64,000 nucleotides of DNA from Eledone cirrhosa (GCA_964016885.1 OZ024762.1:13826001-13890000); one strand, 5' to 3'. Counted from the stretch's first letter, positions 15,120 to 29,127 are shown. The notes: generated by a model not told the origin, from the sequence alone. Made by a program: numbers and translations.

Positions 15120-15860
15120 TTTTCGCACGCTTGAAATACTCTATCAATCAAGTGTGGAGAAAATGCGTGAGCAATTTGGCAAACACGCGTTTTCTATTGA
15201 AATGAACAAAACAAACCCCTTCCCCACCCCACCTACACTCCCTCCCTCCCTCTCTCACTGCTCTCACCTCTTACCGCACTCACCAGCGACTCCCTCCCAC
15301 TTCTTGCCGCACACACCAGCGACTTCCCCCCACTTCTTGCCGCACACACCAGCGACATCCTCCCACCTTCTCTTTCTCCCGCCACCATCACTACTACTAC
15401 TACCACTAACACTCATATCAGTGACAGCAATCCTGCCACCACAACCACCACGCCACCCACCACTACCATTACGAACACATACCACCACCACCACCACCAC
15501 CACTACTATTAACACCGCCACCACCACCATCAGCATCAACACCACCACCAACACTATTACCCAAACACCACCACACCACCAGCACCACACCACCACACCA
15601 CCAGCACCACACCACCACCAAACCACCACCCCTCCCTATCTACTTTATATTCATATATTCATATTGCTGTTATTGTTGTTTCCCTTATTCTGCCGCTCCA
15701 CCGCTTCAAAGTCTCAAAATAATAAAAAACAAAAAACAATAATAGATTCCTGTCCATATTGAATTAAAGATCCACTTACAGCTGGCATTAGATTTTCTTC
15801 CATATATTACTGCTGCTGCTGTTACTACTGCTGCTGATGTTGCCGGTGTTGTTGTTGTTG

Positions 15861-16425
15861 TGAAGGCGGGTGGCTTAGTGGTTAGGGTGTTCCGTTCAAG
15901 ATTTCGACGCTAAGAGGTATTTTTTTTAGGTCTTAAGCCCCTCCAATAATTTGTTTCAATGTTTGTGCTTTAGCTTTTTTTTTCCTACACTGATTTTCTA
16001 TTGACTCTAAAATATGTTAGTATGTTCATATATGTCCCTCCATATATTACTACTGCCGCTATTACTACTGCTGCTGATACTACTGCTGTTGTTACTACTG
16101 CTGTTACTACTAATGCTGCTGTTACTACTACTGCTGCTGATACTACTCCTGCTGTTACTACTGCTGCTGTTACTACTGCTTCTGTTACTACTACTGCTGT
16201 TACTACTATTGCTGTTACTACTGCTGCTCATACTACTGCTGTTGTTGTAAAGGCGGGTGGCTTAGTCGTTAGGGTGTTCGGTTCACGATTGTAATGACGT
16301 GATTTCGACGCTAAGAGGTATTTTTTTAGGTCTTAAGCCCCTTCCAATAATTCGTTTCAATATGTTTGCGCTTTAGCTTTTTTTTCCTACACTGATTTTC
16401 TTTTGATTCTAAAATATGTTAATAT
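15861..16425 (+). repeat. Tandem duplication (about 175 bp, twice) starting with a truncated tRNA-like SINE head, separated by a (CTA/CTG)n tract
   Basis: aaggcgggtggcttagt.gttagggtgttc...gatttcgacgctaagaggtattttttt... at about 15861 and about 16248. Confidence 0.8.
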
Positions 16426-16494
16426 GATAATATTTGTAATTTCTTTCTTAGCCTCCTATTGGTGATAAAACATCATGGGCTGATAATAATTATA

Positions 16495-16694
16495 ACGGTT
16501 TCTGATTTAGGCACAAGGCTAGGGATTTTAGGGCAGGGGAAAATCAACTAAATCGACCCCAGTGCATTACTGGTAAATTTATTTTATTGACCCTGTAAGG
16601 AAGAAAAGCAAAACCAACCTCGGTGGGATTTGAACTCAGAACGTAAAGAGCATTAACTCTATGCTGTGAAGCATGGTGTCCAATGTTTTACCGA
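16495..16694 (-). mobile_element. SINE family 1 copy, 5' end interrupted by a mariner remnant
   Basis: Reverse complement of core and tail. Confidence 0.8.
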
Positions 16695-16830
16695 TACAAG
16701 GGGGTGCTGACGAGGACCGCTGCAATAAGTGTGTGAATCTGAGAGGGGAATATGTTGAATAAAATCATAATTAACTTCCTCCTGTATTTTCTTTTACCCA
16801 AAGCCATGAATTTTTCAGTCGACTCTCGTA
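16695..16830 (+). mobile_element. Internally deleted mariner element
   Basis: TA-flanked ends TAcaagggggtgctga...tcagtcgactctcgTA; 16715-16762 encodes DRCNKCVNLRGEYVE*, the mariner transposase C-terminal motif (R-x-x-K-C-x-x-x-x-G-x-Y-V-E). Confidence 0.75.
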
Positions 16831-16860
16831 TTGGTGATAACAAAATCGTGAGCTGATAAT

Positions 16861-17052
16861 AATTGTTTCAACTTTTGGCACAAGGCCAGCAATTATCCCA
16901 GTGTATTACTGGTACTTTATTTCATCGTCTCTGTAAGGATGAAAGGCAAAGTTAACCTCGGCGGGATTTGAACTCAGAATGGAAAGGGACGTAACTCTAT
17001 GCGTCAAAGCACGGCGTCTGACACCTCTACCGATACTGGCAATCCACCGCCA
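16861..17052 (-). mobile_element. SINE family 1 copy, full length
   Basis: Reverse complement of the 34623-34812 type copy. Confidence 0.88.
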
Positions 17053-17071
17053 TCTAAGCCGTGAGTGAGCT

Positions 17072-17210
17072 AATAATTGTTTCTACTTTTGGCACAAGAA
17101 CAGGAATCATTCCAATGTATTGCTGGTACTTTATTTTATCGACCCTGTAAAATAAAGTACCAGTGATACACTGGGATGATTGCTGGCCTTGTGCCAAAAG
17201 TAGAAATAAT
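17072..17210. repeat. Fold-back made of two SINE family 1 3' halves
   Basis: tttctacttttggcacaag...ctggtactttatttta / taaaataaagtaccag...cttgtgccaaaagtagaaa. Confidence 0.85.
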
Positions 17211-17241
17211 AATAATAATATTAACATACGTGGACAGTATT

Positions 17242-17446
17242 TATGAGGGGGTACTGGAGGGTTCCTGTCTGTAAGAGTATCGCAAAAGGGTAGAGATCTT
17301 ATCTTTACAGGGGAGGTAGGACCGCTGCACTAAGTGTGTGAATATGCATAGTTTCTTTCCAGGGACTATGTAGAAAAATGAACCTCATTTAGTCATTCCA
17401 TGAGAGTATCTTGGTCAGCATATGAATGTTTTAGTCGACCCTCGTA
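17242..17446 (+). mobile_element. Second internally deleted mariner remnant
   Basis: TAtgagggggtactg...tagtcgaccctcgTA; shares ggaccgctgca.taagtgtgtgaat with the 16695 copy and contains gggactatgtagaaaaatga (DYVEK*). Confidence 0.7.
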
Positions 17447-18199
17447 TATTTCATCTGCATCATACCGTCCCTCTGAAATACTCATCATCCCTGAAATTAA
17501 TTCACTTTCAAAAAATGTCAATTCTTACCAAATCATAATTCACACGTGCTTTCACCTTCCCACCATTTTATTTTTTTTTTTTTTTTCTATACATTAGATA
17601 ATTATATTTAGGTACACTTCGTGAATGAAAGGCTGGATGGTCACGTTTGGAAATAGCTTTGATTATCGGACTGTTCAATCAGAGCAAGCCTTGGGCTAAA
17701 CAACAACAACCATAACAGCAACAGCAACAACACAGCCATAATTGAGAGGTAGTAGAAACAGGTGTGGAGCGAGGATTGGGTGAGATGGTCACAGCGCATT
17801 AACTGGAGTGGACTTTAATAAGGACAGACGTGGTAATGATGGTGGTGGTGGTGGTGGTGGTGGTGGGGAGAAAGAGGCGGGTGAGGAAGAATGGGGTCAA
17901 TTAGTGCTACGAGGTCAGAGAGTGCTGGATACATGACAATACAAGGGGGTCATATGACTGTCACATGTTTTCTGGGGCTGTTATGATGCTGTGTTGTTGC
18001 CAATATTGGTACATAGTTCCTGGAAAGGAACGGATCTGAGATGGCGGAGAGGGGTTGCGGTATGTGGGGGAAGGGTTGGTAAATGGAGCGGGTGGTTGGG
18101 GTGGGGTGGTGGCGTGAGAATGGCCAGTGACTTTGGGGTTGGTGGGTGTAACGAAGGAAGACGAGAGGTGATGGGGACTGGGCAGAGTTGGGGTGATTG

Positions 18200-20135
18200 T
18201 ACTGAAGTGGTGGTGGTGGTGGTGTCGATGATGGAGAGGTGGTGGTGGTGTCGATGATGGTGAGGTGGTGGCGATGGTGGTGGTGTCGATGATGGTGAGG
18301 TGGTGGCGGTGGTGGTGGTGGTCGTCGTGAGATCGTGATGATGGTGAGGTGGTGGCGGTGGTGGTGGTCGTCGTCGTGAGATCTTGATGATGGTGAGGTG
18401 GTGGTTGTGGTGGTGGTGGTGTTGATCGTGATGGCGGTGTGGTAGTTGTGGTTATGGTAGTGATGGTGGGATTTGGAGAGTGGTGTTGGTGTCAGCGATG
18501 ATGGAAGTGGGAGAGGATGGTCATGAAATGGTGGTGATGGCGGTGTGATGTAGATAAAATGAGAGGGGTGGGGGTTGGGCTTGGCGGTGGTGGGGAAGGT
18601 TGGGGGTAATGGAAAGACGAATGAGTAGGGGTGTTGTCGGAAGTTCCTAGAGACGATGGACTGTGGTCAGAGGAATATAAATAAGTGGTGGTGGCGGGAG
18701 TGGTGTGTGTTGGGGTAGGGGTGGGGGTGTAAGAGGAATATAACGAAAAGATGAAGAAACAGCGAGGATGGTGGGAATCGTATAGCGTGGCGTGGTGTGG
18801 TGTGGTGTAGTGTGGTGTGCTATAGTATAGCATGGTGTGTTGTGGTGTAGTATAGTATGGTGTGGTGTGGTGTAGTATGGTATGGTGTGATGTAGTATAG
18901 TATGGTGCGGTGTCGTGTGATGTAGTATAGTATGGTGTGGTGTGGTGTGGTGTGGTGTAGTATGGTGTGGTGTAGTATAGTATGGTGTGGTGTGGTGTGG
19001 TGTAGTATGGTGTGGTGTGGTGTAGTGTAGTGTAGTGTAGTGTGGTGTGGTATAGTATGGTATGGTGTGATGTGGTATAGTATGGTATGGTGTGGCGTGG
19101 TGTAGTATAGTATGGTGTGGTGTCGTGTGATGTAGTATGGTGTGGTGTAGTATAGTATGGTATGCTGTGGTGTAGTGTTGTGTAGTATGGTGTGGTGTGG
19201 TAGAGTATGGTGTGGCGTGGTGTGGTGTAGTATGGTGTGGTCTGGTGTGGTGTAGTATGGTGTGGTGTGGTGTTGTGTGGTGTAGTGTGGGTCTCTAGGT
19301 TAGGTTGGGTGGTAAGGTGTTAAGAAGATGGTTGAAAAGTGGAGGGAGGAGGGAATGGTGGCAGAAGAGAGAATGTCCCCCGACATGAAGAGAGGAAACC
19401 ACGTGTGGGGGAGGGAGGGGTGAGAAGGGGAGACAGGGGACAAGTTGGCCGGCTGGTGATTCTCTCTTAATGGACTCCGCCATTAACCATCATTATTCCA
19501 TCTTCACTAACACCCCGCCGCCACCACCATCGATGCTCAGGCGACGATGACCATCCCAACCACCCCCACCGCCATCACCACCACCACCATATCATCATAA
19601 CCACCACCAACACCACCGACACCACCACCACCACCACCAACACCACCGACACCACCACCACCACCACCATATCACCACCGCCACCACCAACAACACCATC
19701 ACCGTAACTACCAACACCACCACCACCATATCACTATAACCACCACCGTCATCATAACCACCACCACCAACATCACCACCACCATCAGCATCACCACCAC
19801 CACCACCATCACAAGCATCACCACCACCGCCACCACCACCGCTACCACCACCACCAACAGCACCACCACCACCACCAATAGCACCACCACCACCACCACC
19901 ACCAGCATCACCACCACCACCAACAGTACCAGCAACACCACCAACACCATCACTAACAACTCCACCGCCACCGTATCACCATAACCACCAGCAGCATCAC
20001 CACCACCGCTACCACCAGAATCACCACCACCACCACGATCACCAACAGTACCACCAACACCACCGCCACCATCACTAACACCTCCACCACCACCAACACC
20101 ATCAACACACCCCTCACGCCAAGACACCACCACCA
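18200..20135. repeat. Low-complexity (GGT)n, (GGTGT/TAGTA)n and (ACC)n tracts
   Basis: Direct inspection. Confidence 0.9.
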
Positions 20136-20260
20136 TTTGCTAAGTATCAGCTATTATTTGCCGAGATTGATCAATTTATGTCCAGTGTCTACCGCAACCG
20201 AAAGATGTATACCCCACCCCACAACCCAGAAATATATACCCCCCACCCCACAACACATCT

Positions 20261-20321
<61 letters not shown>

Positions 20322-20459
20322 GTCTGACTAATGTTTGGATCACATGTATGTATGTATGTATGTATGTATGTATGTATGTATGTATGTATCTATGTATGTA
20401 TATATAGTATATATATATATATGTGCGTATGTTTGTATGTACGTGTGTATGTGTCTGTA

Positions 20460-20499
<40 letters not shown>

Positions 20500-20797
20500 T
20501 TAAGGTGAAGAGCACTCAATGAATATTGGCAAAGTATGGCTTATTTTCTGAAGAAAAAAGGTGGTGATACATATATATGTGTGGGGGGGGGGGGGGCGTT
20601 TGTGCGCGCGCTTTCAGATGTTAAAGCCCTTTATTGATAATGATGTGATACATATTTCAATGATGACAGTGGCCACGTGATTCCACCGAACCAGTGACGT
20701 GATCTCATCGGACAGCTTCTTACATTATAAGGTTACGTTCTCGAAGCAATCCAAATTAAAACAAAGATGATGTTCTTGAAGCTTTCGCACACTATAT

Positions 20798-20880
<83 letters not shown>

Positions 20881-20974
20881 CATGTATATATATATATATA
20901 TACATGTATATATATATATATATACATGTATATATATATATATATACATGTATATATATATATATATATATATG

Positions 20975-21013
<39 letters not shown>

Positions 21014-21183
21014 GTATATATAAATATATATATAAATATATATAAATATATATGCAAAAGTTCTATTTAAATTGTTGGGATACAACAAGCAAATATTTTT
21101 ATAACTGATATAAAGCACTCAACAAGTATTTGGAGTAAACATTCGATATTAACAAATGGAAACTATATTTATAAAACCATATT

Positions 21184-21248
21184 TATTTCATTATACATAT
21201 TTCAAGGACACCAAGTTAAATTATGGTGTGCTTTCATCAGACAAAATA
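21184..21248 (-). ncRNA. Type I hammerhead ribozyme motif (family B)
   Basis: Minus strand: tattttgt-CTGATGA-aagcacacca(loop)tggtgtcctt-GAAA-tatgt-ATA-atgaaata. Helix I is 8 bp with G-U pairs; helix II is 9 of 10 bp. Confidence 0.7.
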
Positions 21249-21417
21249 TAACATAGATCAGTTTTATAAATAAATATTGACATACCCTTAAAAAATGTAA
21301 CCATTACTAAGCAGAGAAAGGCGGACATCAAATGATGATGATGATGATGATATATATATATATATATTATGGAATGGTGATGATGATATATATATATATA
21401 TTATGGAATGGTGATGA

Positions 21418-21456
<39 letters not shown>

Positions 21457-22591
21457 GGAATACTGTTGGCTTCTTGCTACAATACTTTCTATACCTTTCA
21501 TTTATATATATACACGTACACACAGGAATATGTTTGATGGGCTATGTAGAGGCACAGGGGAGAAGCAACATGACAAACGCTAACAGCCATATCTTTAGCT
21601 AACAAACAAAAACAAAATGGCCTCCTTGTATTTTAATTTTCGACCGTTCTACCGTATGTGCTCTGACTGCCCAGTCTTGGTTTTTATTGGCGCATAATTC
21701 ATCCTTTACTGATTATTCTCTTTATTTGGCCCTTCCCAGGCGACACACACGCCCTCTACAATAAATTCTACTCACAAAGGTTCCCTTTGAAGCTGTGTAT
21801 CCCCACCATTCCAGATGCCTTAAGAAATCTGAACATAAAATCCTTATAAATTCTTTCTCTCGTTTTACGTGTTTACTGAAATCTCCAGACATTTTACAGC
21901 TTGCGTCGGTGGTAAGGGGGTGGTTGGGATGGGGGGGTAGTAGTGGTTGTGGCGGGGGCGGATGTGATTGTGGTGGTAGTGGTAGTGGAGGTGGTGTGTG
22001 TATCTGTGTGTACTTCAGTCGGGTGTGTCTGTGTATGGCGGCGGTGTTTATGGTAATGTAGTTGTATGATAGTGGTGATAGTGGTGGTGGTGTGTCCCTG
22101 GTGGTATGTGTGTGTGCGCTTTAGTAATGGCGCGTGTGTGTGTGTGTGTGAGTGTGTTAGCGAAACTTTATGCTTGTGCATATGTGTGTGTGTGTATCGT
22201 GGAGTACTATAGGTCGTATGTGTGTGGGGTATATTGGGGAGGAGTGGTGTGAGGTGTAGGTAGAGAGAGAGAGGGGATGTGGAATGGTGAATTGTACCAT
22301 GAGAGGGCTCAGGGGGAGGGGAGACGTGTGGCAGTGTTAAGTGAGACAATCAGATAACCGTCTGGAGGGAAAAGGAAAGCTATAATATGTTTAAGATGAT
22401 GATAATGGTGGTAATGATGATGATGATGATAGTAATGATGATAGTGTTAATGATGATTATGGTGCTGATGGTGATAATGATGATTATAATGATTTTGATG
22501 AGGATGATGATGATAGTGGTGATGTTGATAATGGCGATGATGATGTTGATAGTGATAATGGTAATTATATATATATATATATATATATATA

Positions 22592-22779
22592 GCGAGGGAA
22601 AAGTGGTAAGGAACCAGGTGGACCATAACGCACCAAAGTACTCAATACTTAGGGTAGTAGAGTGGGTAATAGGAGTAAGTAAGACCCCGACGGCTGAGCT
22701 CAAGCCGTTTCGACGGCTAATCCAGTACAGAATTAGCCGTCGAAACGGCTTGAGCTCAGCCGTCGGGGTCTTACTTACT

Positions 22780-22782
<3 letters not shown>
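22592..22782. mobile_element. (TA)n-embedded fold-back element, family A
   Basis: Flanked by (TA)n on both sides; palindrome 22669-22784; contains GAAACGGC-ttgagctca-GCCGTC. Confidence 0.85.
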
Positions 22783-22850
<68 letters not shown>

Positions 22851-22851
<1 letters not shown>

Positions 22852-23112
22852 GTAAGAATATTTTCGAAACAGCGAGTGGGTTTGAAATTATTAGAAATGT
22901 AAGCTATCGCCGTATTTTGACTGAAGAAATTAAAGAAATTATTTCGCCTGATAGTGGAGTTAAGAACCCTCGGAGAAATGGAAAAAGATGAATATTGACG
23001 TACACGGGACGTCAATACTCATCTTTTTCCATTTCTCCGAGAGTTCTTAACTCCACTATCAGGCGAAATAATTTCTTTAATTTCTTTAGTCAAAATACGG
23101 CGATAGCTTACA
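22851..23112. repeat. (TA)n-embedded fold-back with arms of about 100 bp (related copy at 24050-24167)
   Basis: atgtaagctatcgccgtattttgact...tattgacg / cgtcaata...agtcaaaatacggcgatagcttacat. Confidence 0.9.
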
Positions 23113-23135
23113 TATATATATATATATATATATAT

Positions 23136-23342
23136 AACGAAGGAAGTGTGGTAAGGAACCGGATGGACCATAACGCACCAAAGTACTCAATAATTAGGGA
23201 AGTAGAGTGGGTAATAGGAACGAGTAGGACCCCGACGGCTGAGCTCAAGCCGTTTCGACGGCTAATTCTGGACTAGAATTAGTAGTCCAGAATTAGCCGT
23301 CGAATCGGCTTGAGCTCAGCCGTCGGGGTCCTACTCGTTCCT
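23136..23342. mobile_element. Family A fold-back element
   Basis: Similar to 22592-22782; palindrome about 23213-23344. Confidence 0.85.
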
Positions 23343-23629
23343 ATATATATATATATATATATGAACGTATCTGCAAGATGGAAAAGTGAAGACAATTTAT
23401 TCTTCACACACTTGTTTCTAGAAGAATGAGTTGGAAAGATGACAAAGTATTAAACACGGTGTAACAAACCTTACCCAGACACCATTATTAATACATATTT
23501 ATCTCACTAATATATCATAAACTGATCACTGACCTGTCTATTATCCACATTGTGTTCTCTAACTCCGCATTCATAAAACTTGTCCGATTTCTTTCATCGA
23601 AGTTTTACATATATAATATATCGATATGA

Positions 23630-24045
23630 CAAAGTCGTTGGAACGTCGGATGGAATACTTTATGGTATTGGTTCCAGCTTTCTGATCTCTGAGTTCAAAT
23701 CCCACCGCGGTCAATTTTACCTTTCGTCCTTTCGAGGTCGATAAAATAAATACTAGTCAAGTAATGGGGGGGTCGATTATTCCTCTATATCTCTTTCTCA
23801 CTTCTTCTCTATCTTTTGAGGTTAATAAAAAAAGTACCAGTGATGTACTTGGGTCGATTCTTACTCTATGTCTTTTTCTCACGTATTCGCTATATTTTGA
23901 GGCCAATAAAAAAAGTACCAGTCAAATACTGGGGTCGATTCTTACTCTCTATCTCTTTCTCACTTCTTCTCTATCTTTTGAGGTCGATAAAAAAAGTACC
24001 AGTGATGTACTGGGTCGATTCTTACTCTATATCTCTTTCTCATTT
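23630..24045 (+). repeat. Degenerate SINE family 1 followed by tandem amplification of its core (about 80 bp, about 4 copies)
   Basis: tttgaggtcgataaaaaaagtaccagt...gggtcgattcttactct recurs. Confidence 0.8.
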
Positions 24046-24190
24046 CCTCTCTCAGATAAATGGAAAAAGATGAGTATTGACGTACCATCTTTTTCCATTT
24101 ATCTGAGGGTTCTGAACCCCATTATCAGACTAAAATTTCTTTAGTAAAAAAATACGGTGAAAGCTATTCTATGTATATATATATATATAT

Positions 24191-24399
24191 AATGTATAAT
24201 AAACAATACAATATAATTACCTCATTACCAGAGGTTTCCCGAATAAGACGAATACGAAAACCGTCCTCATTCGTTCGTTGGACAAGGCAATGAGGTAATT
24301 ATATTGTATTGTTTATTATACATTAAATTTTGCTCTGGTACTTACATAGAGCACTCTTCACTCCTATGACTTTTTCAATTTTCAACGGAAACTTCAATA

Positions 24400-24400
<1 letters not shown>
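24191..24400 (-). mobile_element. Family C element with a mutated hammerhead core and 36-bp inverted arms
   Basis: Homologous to 53981-54230; the core reads CCAACGA instead of CTGACGA; arms at 24191-24226 and 24289-24324. Confidence 0.75.
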
Positions 24401-24476
<76 letters not shown>

Positions 24477-24477
24477 T

Positions 24478-24524
<47 letters not shown>

Positions 24525-24863
24525 TAGATGCAGAGAGTGTGTGTGTGTTAAACGGGACAGGAGGCAGTATACAAGAAAACTTAGAAATGTCCTTGTTAAA
24601 TAGCAGTGGCATGGTTAAAGCTTAGTTAAGTAACACCACTGCACCTCCACATACATGAATTTACACAAACATACATACACAGCCAGCCACAGACACCTCT
24701 CTCTCTCTCTCTCTCTCTGTCTCCTTCTCTCTCTGTCTCCTTCTCTCTCTCTCTCTCTCTCCCTATCTCTCTCTATCTATCTATCTATCTCTCATACCCA
24801 ATCTCTCCCTCACCCAATTCCACCAAGAATATACATGTACATGAAATAAGGAATATTTCTCAC

Positions 24864-24969
<106 letters not shown>

Positions 24970-25133
24970 TGTCAGTATATAAACAGAGAATCCAGTTGAC
25001 TAGTTCAGCTATTGCCCGAGGCTATTACAAAGAGCAAAACTCCTCAACTTTTATAACAACACGTGTTTCACTGTCGTGACGCTGTGCCTGGGGGCTGAAT
25101 ATCAGGGTGGAGAAGGCATTCAGATATCAACGC

Positions 25134-25180
<47 letters not shown>

Positions 25181-25269
25181 CACATACATAGATGTATGTA
25201 TGTGTATATATATATGTGTGTGTGTGTGTGTGTCTGCGTGTGTGTGTGAGTGTGTGTGTGTGTTATATA

Positions 25270-25346
25270 TACAGGGTTTCCCTAAAAATCGTTTACACAT
25301 ATTTATTCGAATGCTGTTGAAGTGAGTATACATTTTTGAGGTCACC

Positions 25347-25353
<7 letters not shown>
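25270..25353. mobile_element. Tiny Tc1/mariner-like MITE
   Basis: TAcagggtttccctaaaaat...tatacatttttgaggtcaccgtgtgTA, imperfect TIRs. Confidence 0.55.
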
Positions 25354-25409
<56 letters not shown>

Positions 25410-25768
25410 CATATACACATGCTCGAATACACACGCACGCACACACAAATACATATATATATATTTATATATAGAAAGTGAGAGCTATATAAATAATACT
25501 ATTACCACTACTACTCCCCCTCCCCCTACTACTACTACTACTACCACTACTTCTACTACTACTAATAATAATAATATTGCTACTACTACCACCACTATCA
25601 CTACCACCAGAACTACCACCGCTACTACTGTTGCTCTACCATCATGAGTGCACCGGCTTGCAAAAATAGACTTTAAGAGAGGTTAGAATATGCGAGAGAG
25701 ATAGACAGGGTAAGAAACAAAACACACATACAAACATGCAACAGTAACAACAGCAGCAGCAACAACAA

Positions 25769-25837
<69 letters not shown>

Positions 25838-26254
25838 CGACGATGACAACAACAACAACAACCCATACAAACATGTTACAAAAAAGAAAAAAAAACAGGA
25901 AAAAGAATCAAATCACACAGACAAACATGCAACAGTAACAACAACAGCAACAACAACAACAACAGTAGCGCCAACAACAGCAACAACAACAACAACAACA
26001 GCAACAACAACAAGAACAACAGTTCCTAAAACAATAATTAAATAAAATCAAAGGCCAAATTAATACCTTTTCTTGGAGAGTTGATTGTTTTAAGTTTTAA
26101 AGGAATAAGAATATGTTGGTGTTAAATATTGTGTTAGAAACTCTTCAAAATGGCCGCCGTCCTACAACAAAGAACATCCATCTTGACACTGAACAAATAT
26201 TATTCGTCAGGATTATGTAACATGGCGTACGGGGAGTTGTGTGTCTATGGTTGT

Positions 26255-27562
26255 ATGTGTGGTGGTGGTGTTGTTGTGTTGGGGGTGATGATGGTGGTGG
26301 TGTTGTGATGATGTTGTGGTGGTGGTGTTGTGATGATGTTGTGGTGGTGGTGTTGTGATGATTTTGTGGTGGTGGTGTTGTTTGGGGGTGGGGTGGGCGG
26401 TGGGGGTGTTGTGATGATGTTGTGGTGGTTATGATGGTGTTTGGATTGGAAGTGATTAATGTAACATGGAGGGAGTTGTAAGGGGGAGGGTGTATGAGTG
26501 AGGCTGTTTTGTGGTGGTGGTTGTGTTAGATATAATTTTGGAGGTGATGATAACGGTGGTGGTGGTTGTGATATTGGTAGCGATGGTGGTAGTGGTGGTA
26601 GTGATGTTGATAGTGATGATGATGTTGGGTTGATGGTTGATGATGTTGATGATGTTGATGGTGGTGATTGTGGTGATTGTGGTGATTGTGGCGTTGGAGG
26701 TGGTGTTACTTTCTGGAGTGATTTATGTAACATGGCACGTAGTGGTGATGGTGGTGGTGTTTTTGTTAGATTTAATTTTGGAGGTGGTGTTGGTAGTGGT
26801 GTTGGTGGATGTGATGATGGTGGTGTTGGTGGTGGTGATGGAGGATGTGATGGTGGTGGAGGTGGTGGTTGTGGTGGTGGTGTTGCTGGTGGTTGTAATG
26901 TTGATGGTGGTGGTGCTGGTGGTGGTGGTAGTGATGGTGGTGGTGGTGGTAGTGGTGATGTTGGTGATGGTGGTGTTGTTGTTAGATTTAATTGTGGAGG
27001 TGTGATGATGTTATTCGTGTTGGTTGTGATAATGTTGGTGGTGGTGGTGGTTGTGATGGTGGTGGAAGTGGTGGGGGTGGTGGTGTTGCTGGTGGTTGTA
27101 ATGTTGATGGTGGTGGAGGTGGTGGTTGTGGTGGTGGTGGAGGTGGTGGGGGTGGTGGTTGTAATGTTGCTGGTGGTGGTGGTGGTGGTGGTGGTAGTGC
27201 TGATGCTGATTGTGCTGGTGGTGTTGCTGGTGGTTGTAATGGTGGTTGTTGTTGTTGCTTGTATTGTTGATGGTGATGGTGGTAGTGCTGATGTTCATGG
27301 TGGTGGTGGTGGTGGTGGTGGTGGTGATGTTGGTGTTGGTGATGGTGGTGGTGGTTGTAATGATGGTGGTGTTGCTGTTAGATTTAATTGTGGAGGTGTG
27401 ATGATGTTATTCGTGTTGGTTGTGATAATGTTGGTGGAGGTGGTGGTTGTGGTGGTGGTGGAGGTGGTGGGGGTGGGGGTGTTGCTGGTGGTTGTAATGT
27501 TGATGGTGTTGGTGGTGGTGGTAGTGCTGATGTTCATGGTGGTGGTGGTGGTGGTGGTGGTG
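26255..27562. repeat. (GGT/GAT/GTT)n low-complexity region with internal duplications
   Basis: gttagatttaattgtggaggtgtgatgatgttattcgtg occurs twice; related blocks at about 26525 and about 26765. Confidence 0.9.
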
Positions 27563-28224
27563 TATAGAAAACAGGTGGTCGCTACACACCGATTGTTAAA
27601 CATAATTACCAGAATGTTTTTCTTTACTTTCTCCTTCCTTTCTTTCTTTATCTTTTCGTTCTTTCCCTCTTTCTTTCTTTCTTTCTTTCTTCCTTCCTTT
27701 CTCTCCTTCTTCCTTTCTTTCCTTCTTTATAGAAGAAATTTTAATTAAGATAACTGATTACCGCCATTTTTTTTAGTTTCATATATTTTTTATTGTTCTT
27801 TTATTATTCAATATTATTTTATGATTTATTATTGTTGTTGTTTGAAAGAGTGGATCTCTGTCGGTTGCGAAGAGGAGTGTCCTTGTTCGTCCAACAACGA
27901 AACGACTACGTTTCATTCCAGAACATGTGCCATGGCCGGTAAATAGGCATATCAGCACACACACACTCACACAGACACATACACTTTCGCTCTCTCTCTC
28001 TCTCCCCCCCCCTCTCTATCTCTCTCCCCTCTCTATCTCTATCTCTCTCTCTCTCTTTCAGACACATAAACACACACATATACGTACCCTACACATACAC
28101 TACCTCAGTCTATCACTCTCTCTTTTCACTCACAGGCAGACACAGACGCATATATATATATATATACATATATACATATATATATATATATATGTGTGTG
28201 TCTGTATGTGTGTATGTGTGTGTA

Positions 28225-28307
28225 TACAGGTGGTCCAAGAAAAATGTATACACACTATTATTAGAAGGCCGTTGAAGTCTGTATACAATTTTTGTCGACA
28301 CCCTGTA
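28225..28307. mobile_element. Tiny Tc1/mariner-like MITE
   Basis: TAcaggtggtccaagaaaaatgtataca...tgtatacaatttttgtcgacaccctgTA. Confidence 0.65.
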
Positions 28308-28401
28308 TTTGTATAGAACAATATATATATATATATATATTTATATATACATTTTTATATATATATTTTTTATATATATATACATATATATATATATTTA
28401 T

Positions 28402-28449
<48 letters not shown>

Positions 28450-28625
28450 GTAAATATGTAAATATATATATATATTATGTGTGTATTTATATGGTATGGT
28501 TGCCAAAACTCAGGGTGATATCTAAGAGATTTTAATCAAAATGGCAGCTGGTTGTATCTTCGAGGTTCATTGTGATGTCACTTGGACTAAACATGCCTGG
28601 AAGAAGCAACTCACAACCACCAATT

Positions 28626-28669
<44 letters not shown>

Positions 28670-28683
28670 ACACACACACACAT

Positions 28684-28768
<85 letters not shown>

Positions 28769-28890
28769 TATACGCATATACACACCCACACACACATATA
28801 TAACATGTATAATATATATATAATTATATATATATATCTTGTGTGTGTGTATAATCTAAGACCTTACCATTATTATTATTTCAATAATAA

Positions 28891-29082
28891 AGGGCGGTGG
28901 CTTGGCAGTATCGGTGGAGGGTCGGACGCCATGCTTTGCAGCAAAGAGTTACGGCCCTTTATGGTCTGAGTTCACATCTCGCCGAGGTTAACTTTGCCTT
29001 TCATCCTTACGGGGTCGATAAAATAAAGTACCAGTAATACACTGGGACAATTGCTGGCCTTGTGCCAAAAGTAGAAACAATT
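28891..29082 (+). mobile_element. SINE family 1 copy, full length
   Basis: ggcggtggcttggcagtatcgg (A box), gagttcacatc (B box), core and tail. Confidence 0.9.
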
Positions 29083-29127
29083 ATAATATTGAGATAAATA
29101 CATACTGCATAGGAAAGAGGGAGAGAG

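Noticed and set aside
18785-19290. GT-rich pentamer tract as telomeric repeat
   Set aside because: The units are GGTGT and TAGTA, not TTAGGG.
21815-21911. Possible upstream FAS1 exon (…SFSRFTCLLKSPDILQLASV/gtaagg)
   Set aside because: The donor is good, but the acceptor is ambiguous and the spacing to the H1 motif would be too long; likely chance.
26498-27748. 416-aa Gly/Val-rich ORF as a structural protein
   Set aside because: It is translated (GGT)n DNA that is open in several frames, switches from poly-Gly to poly-Val, and lacks an ATG start or splice support.
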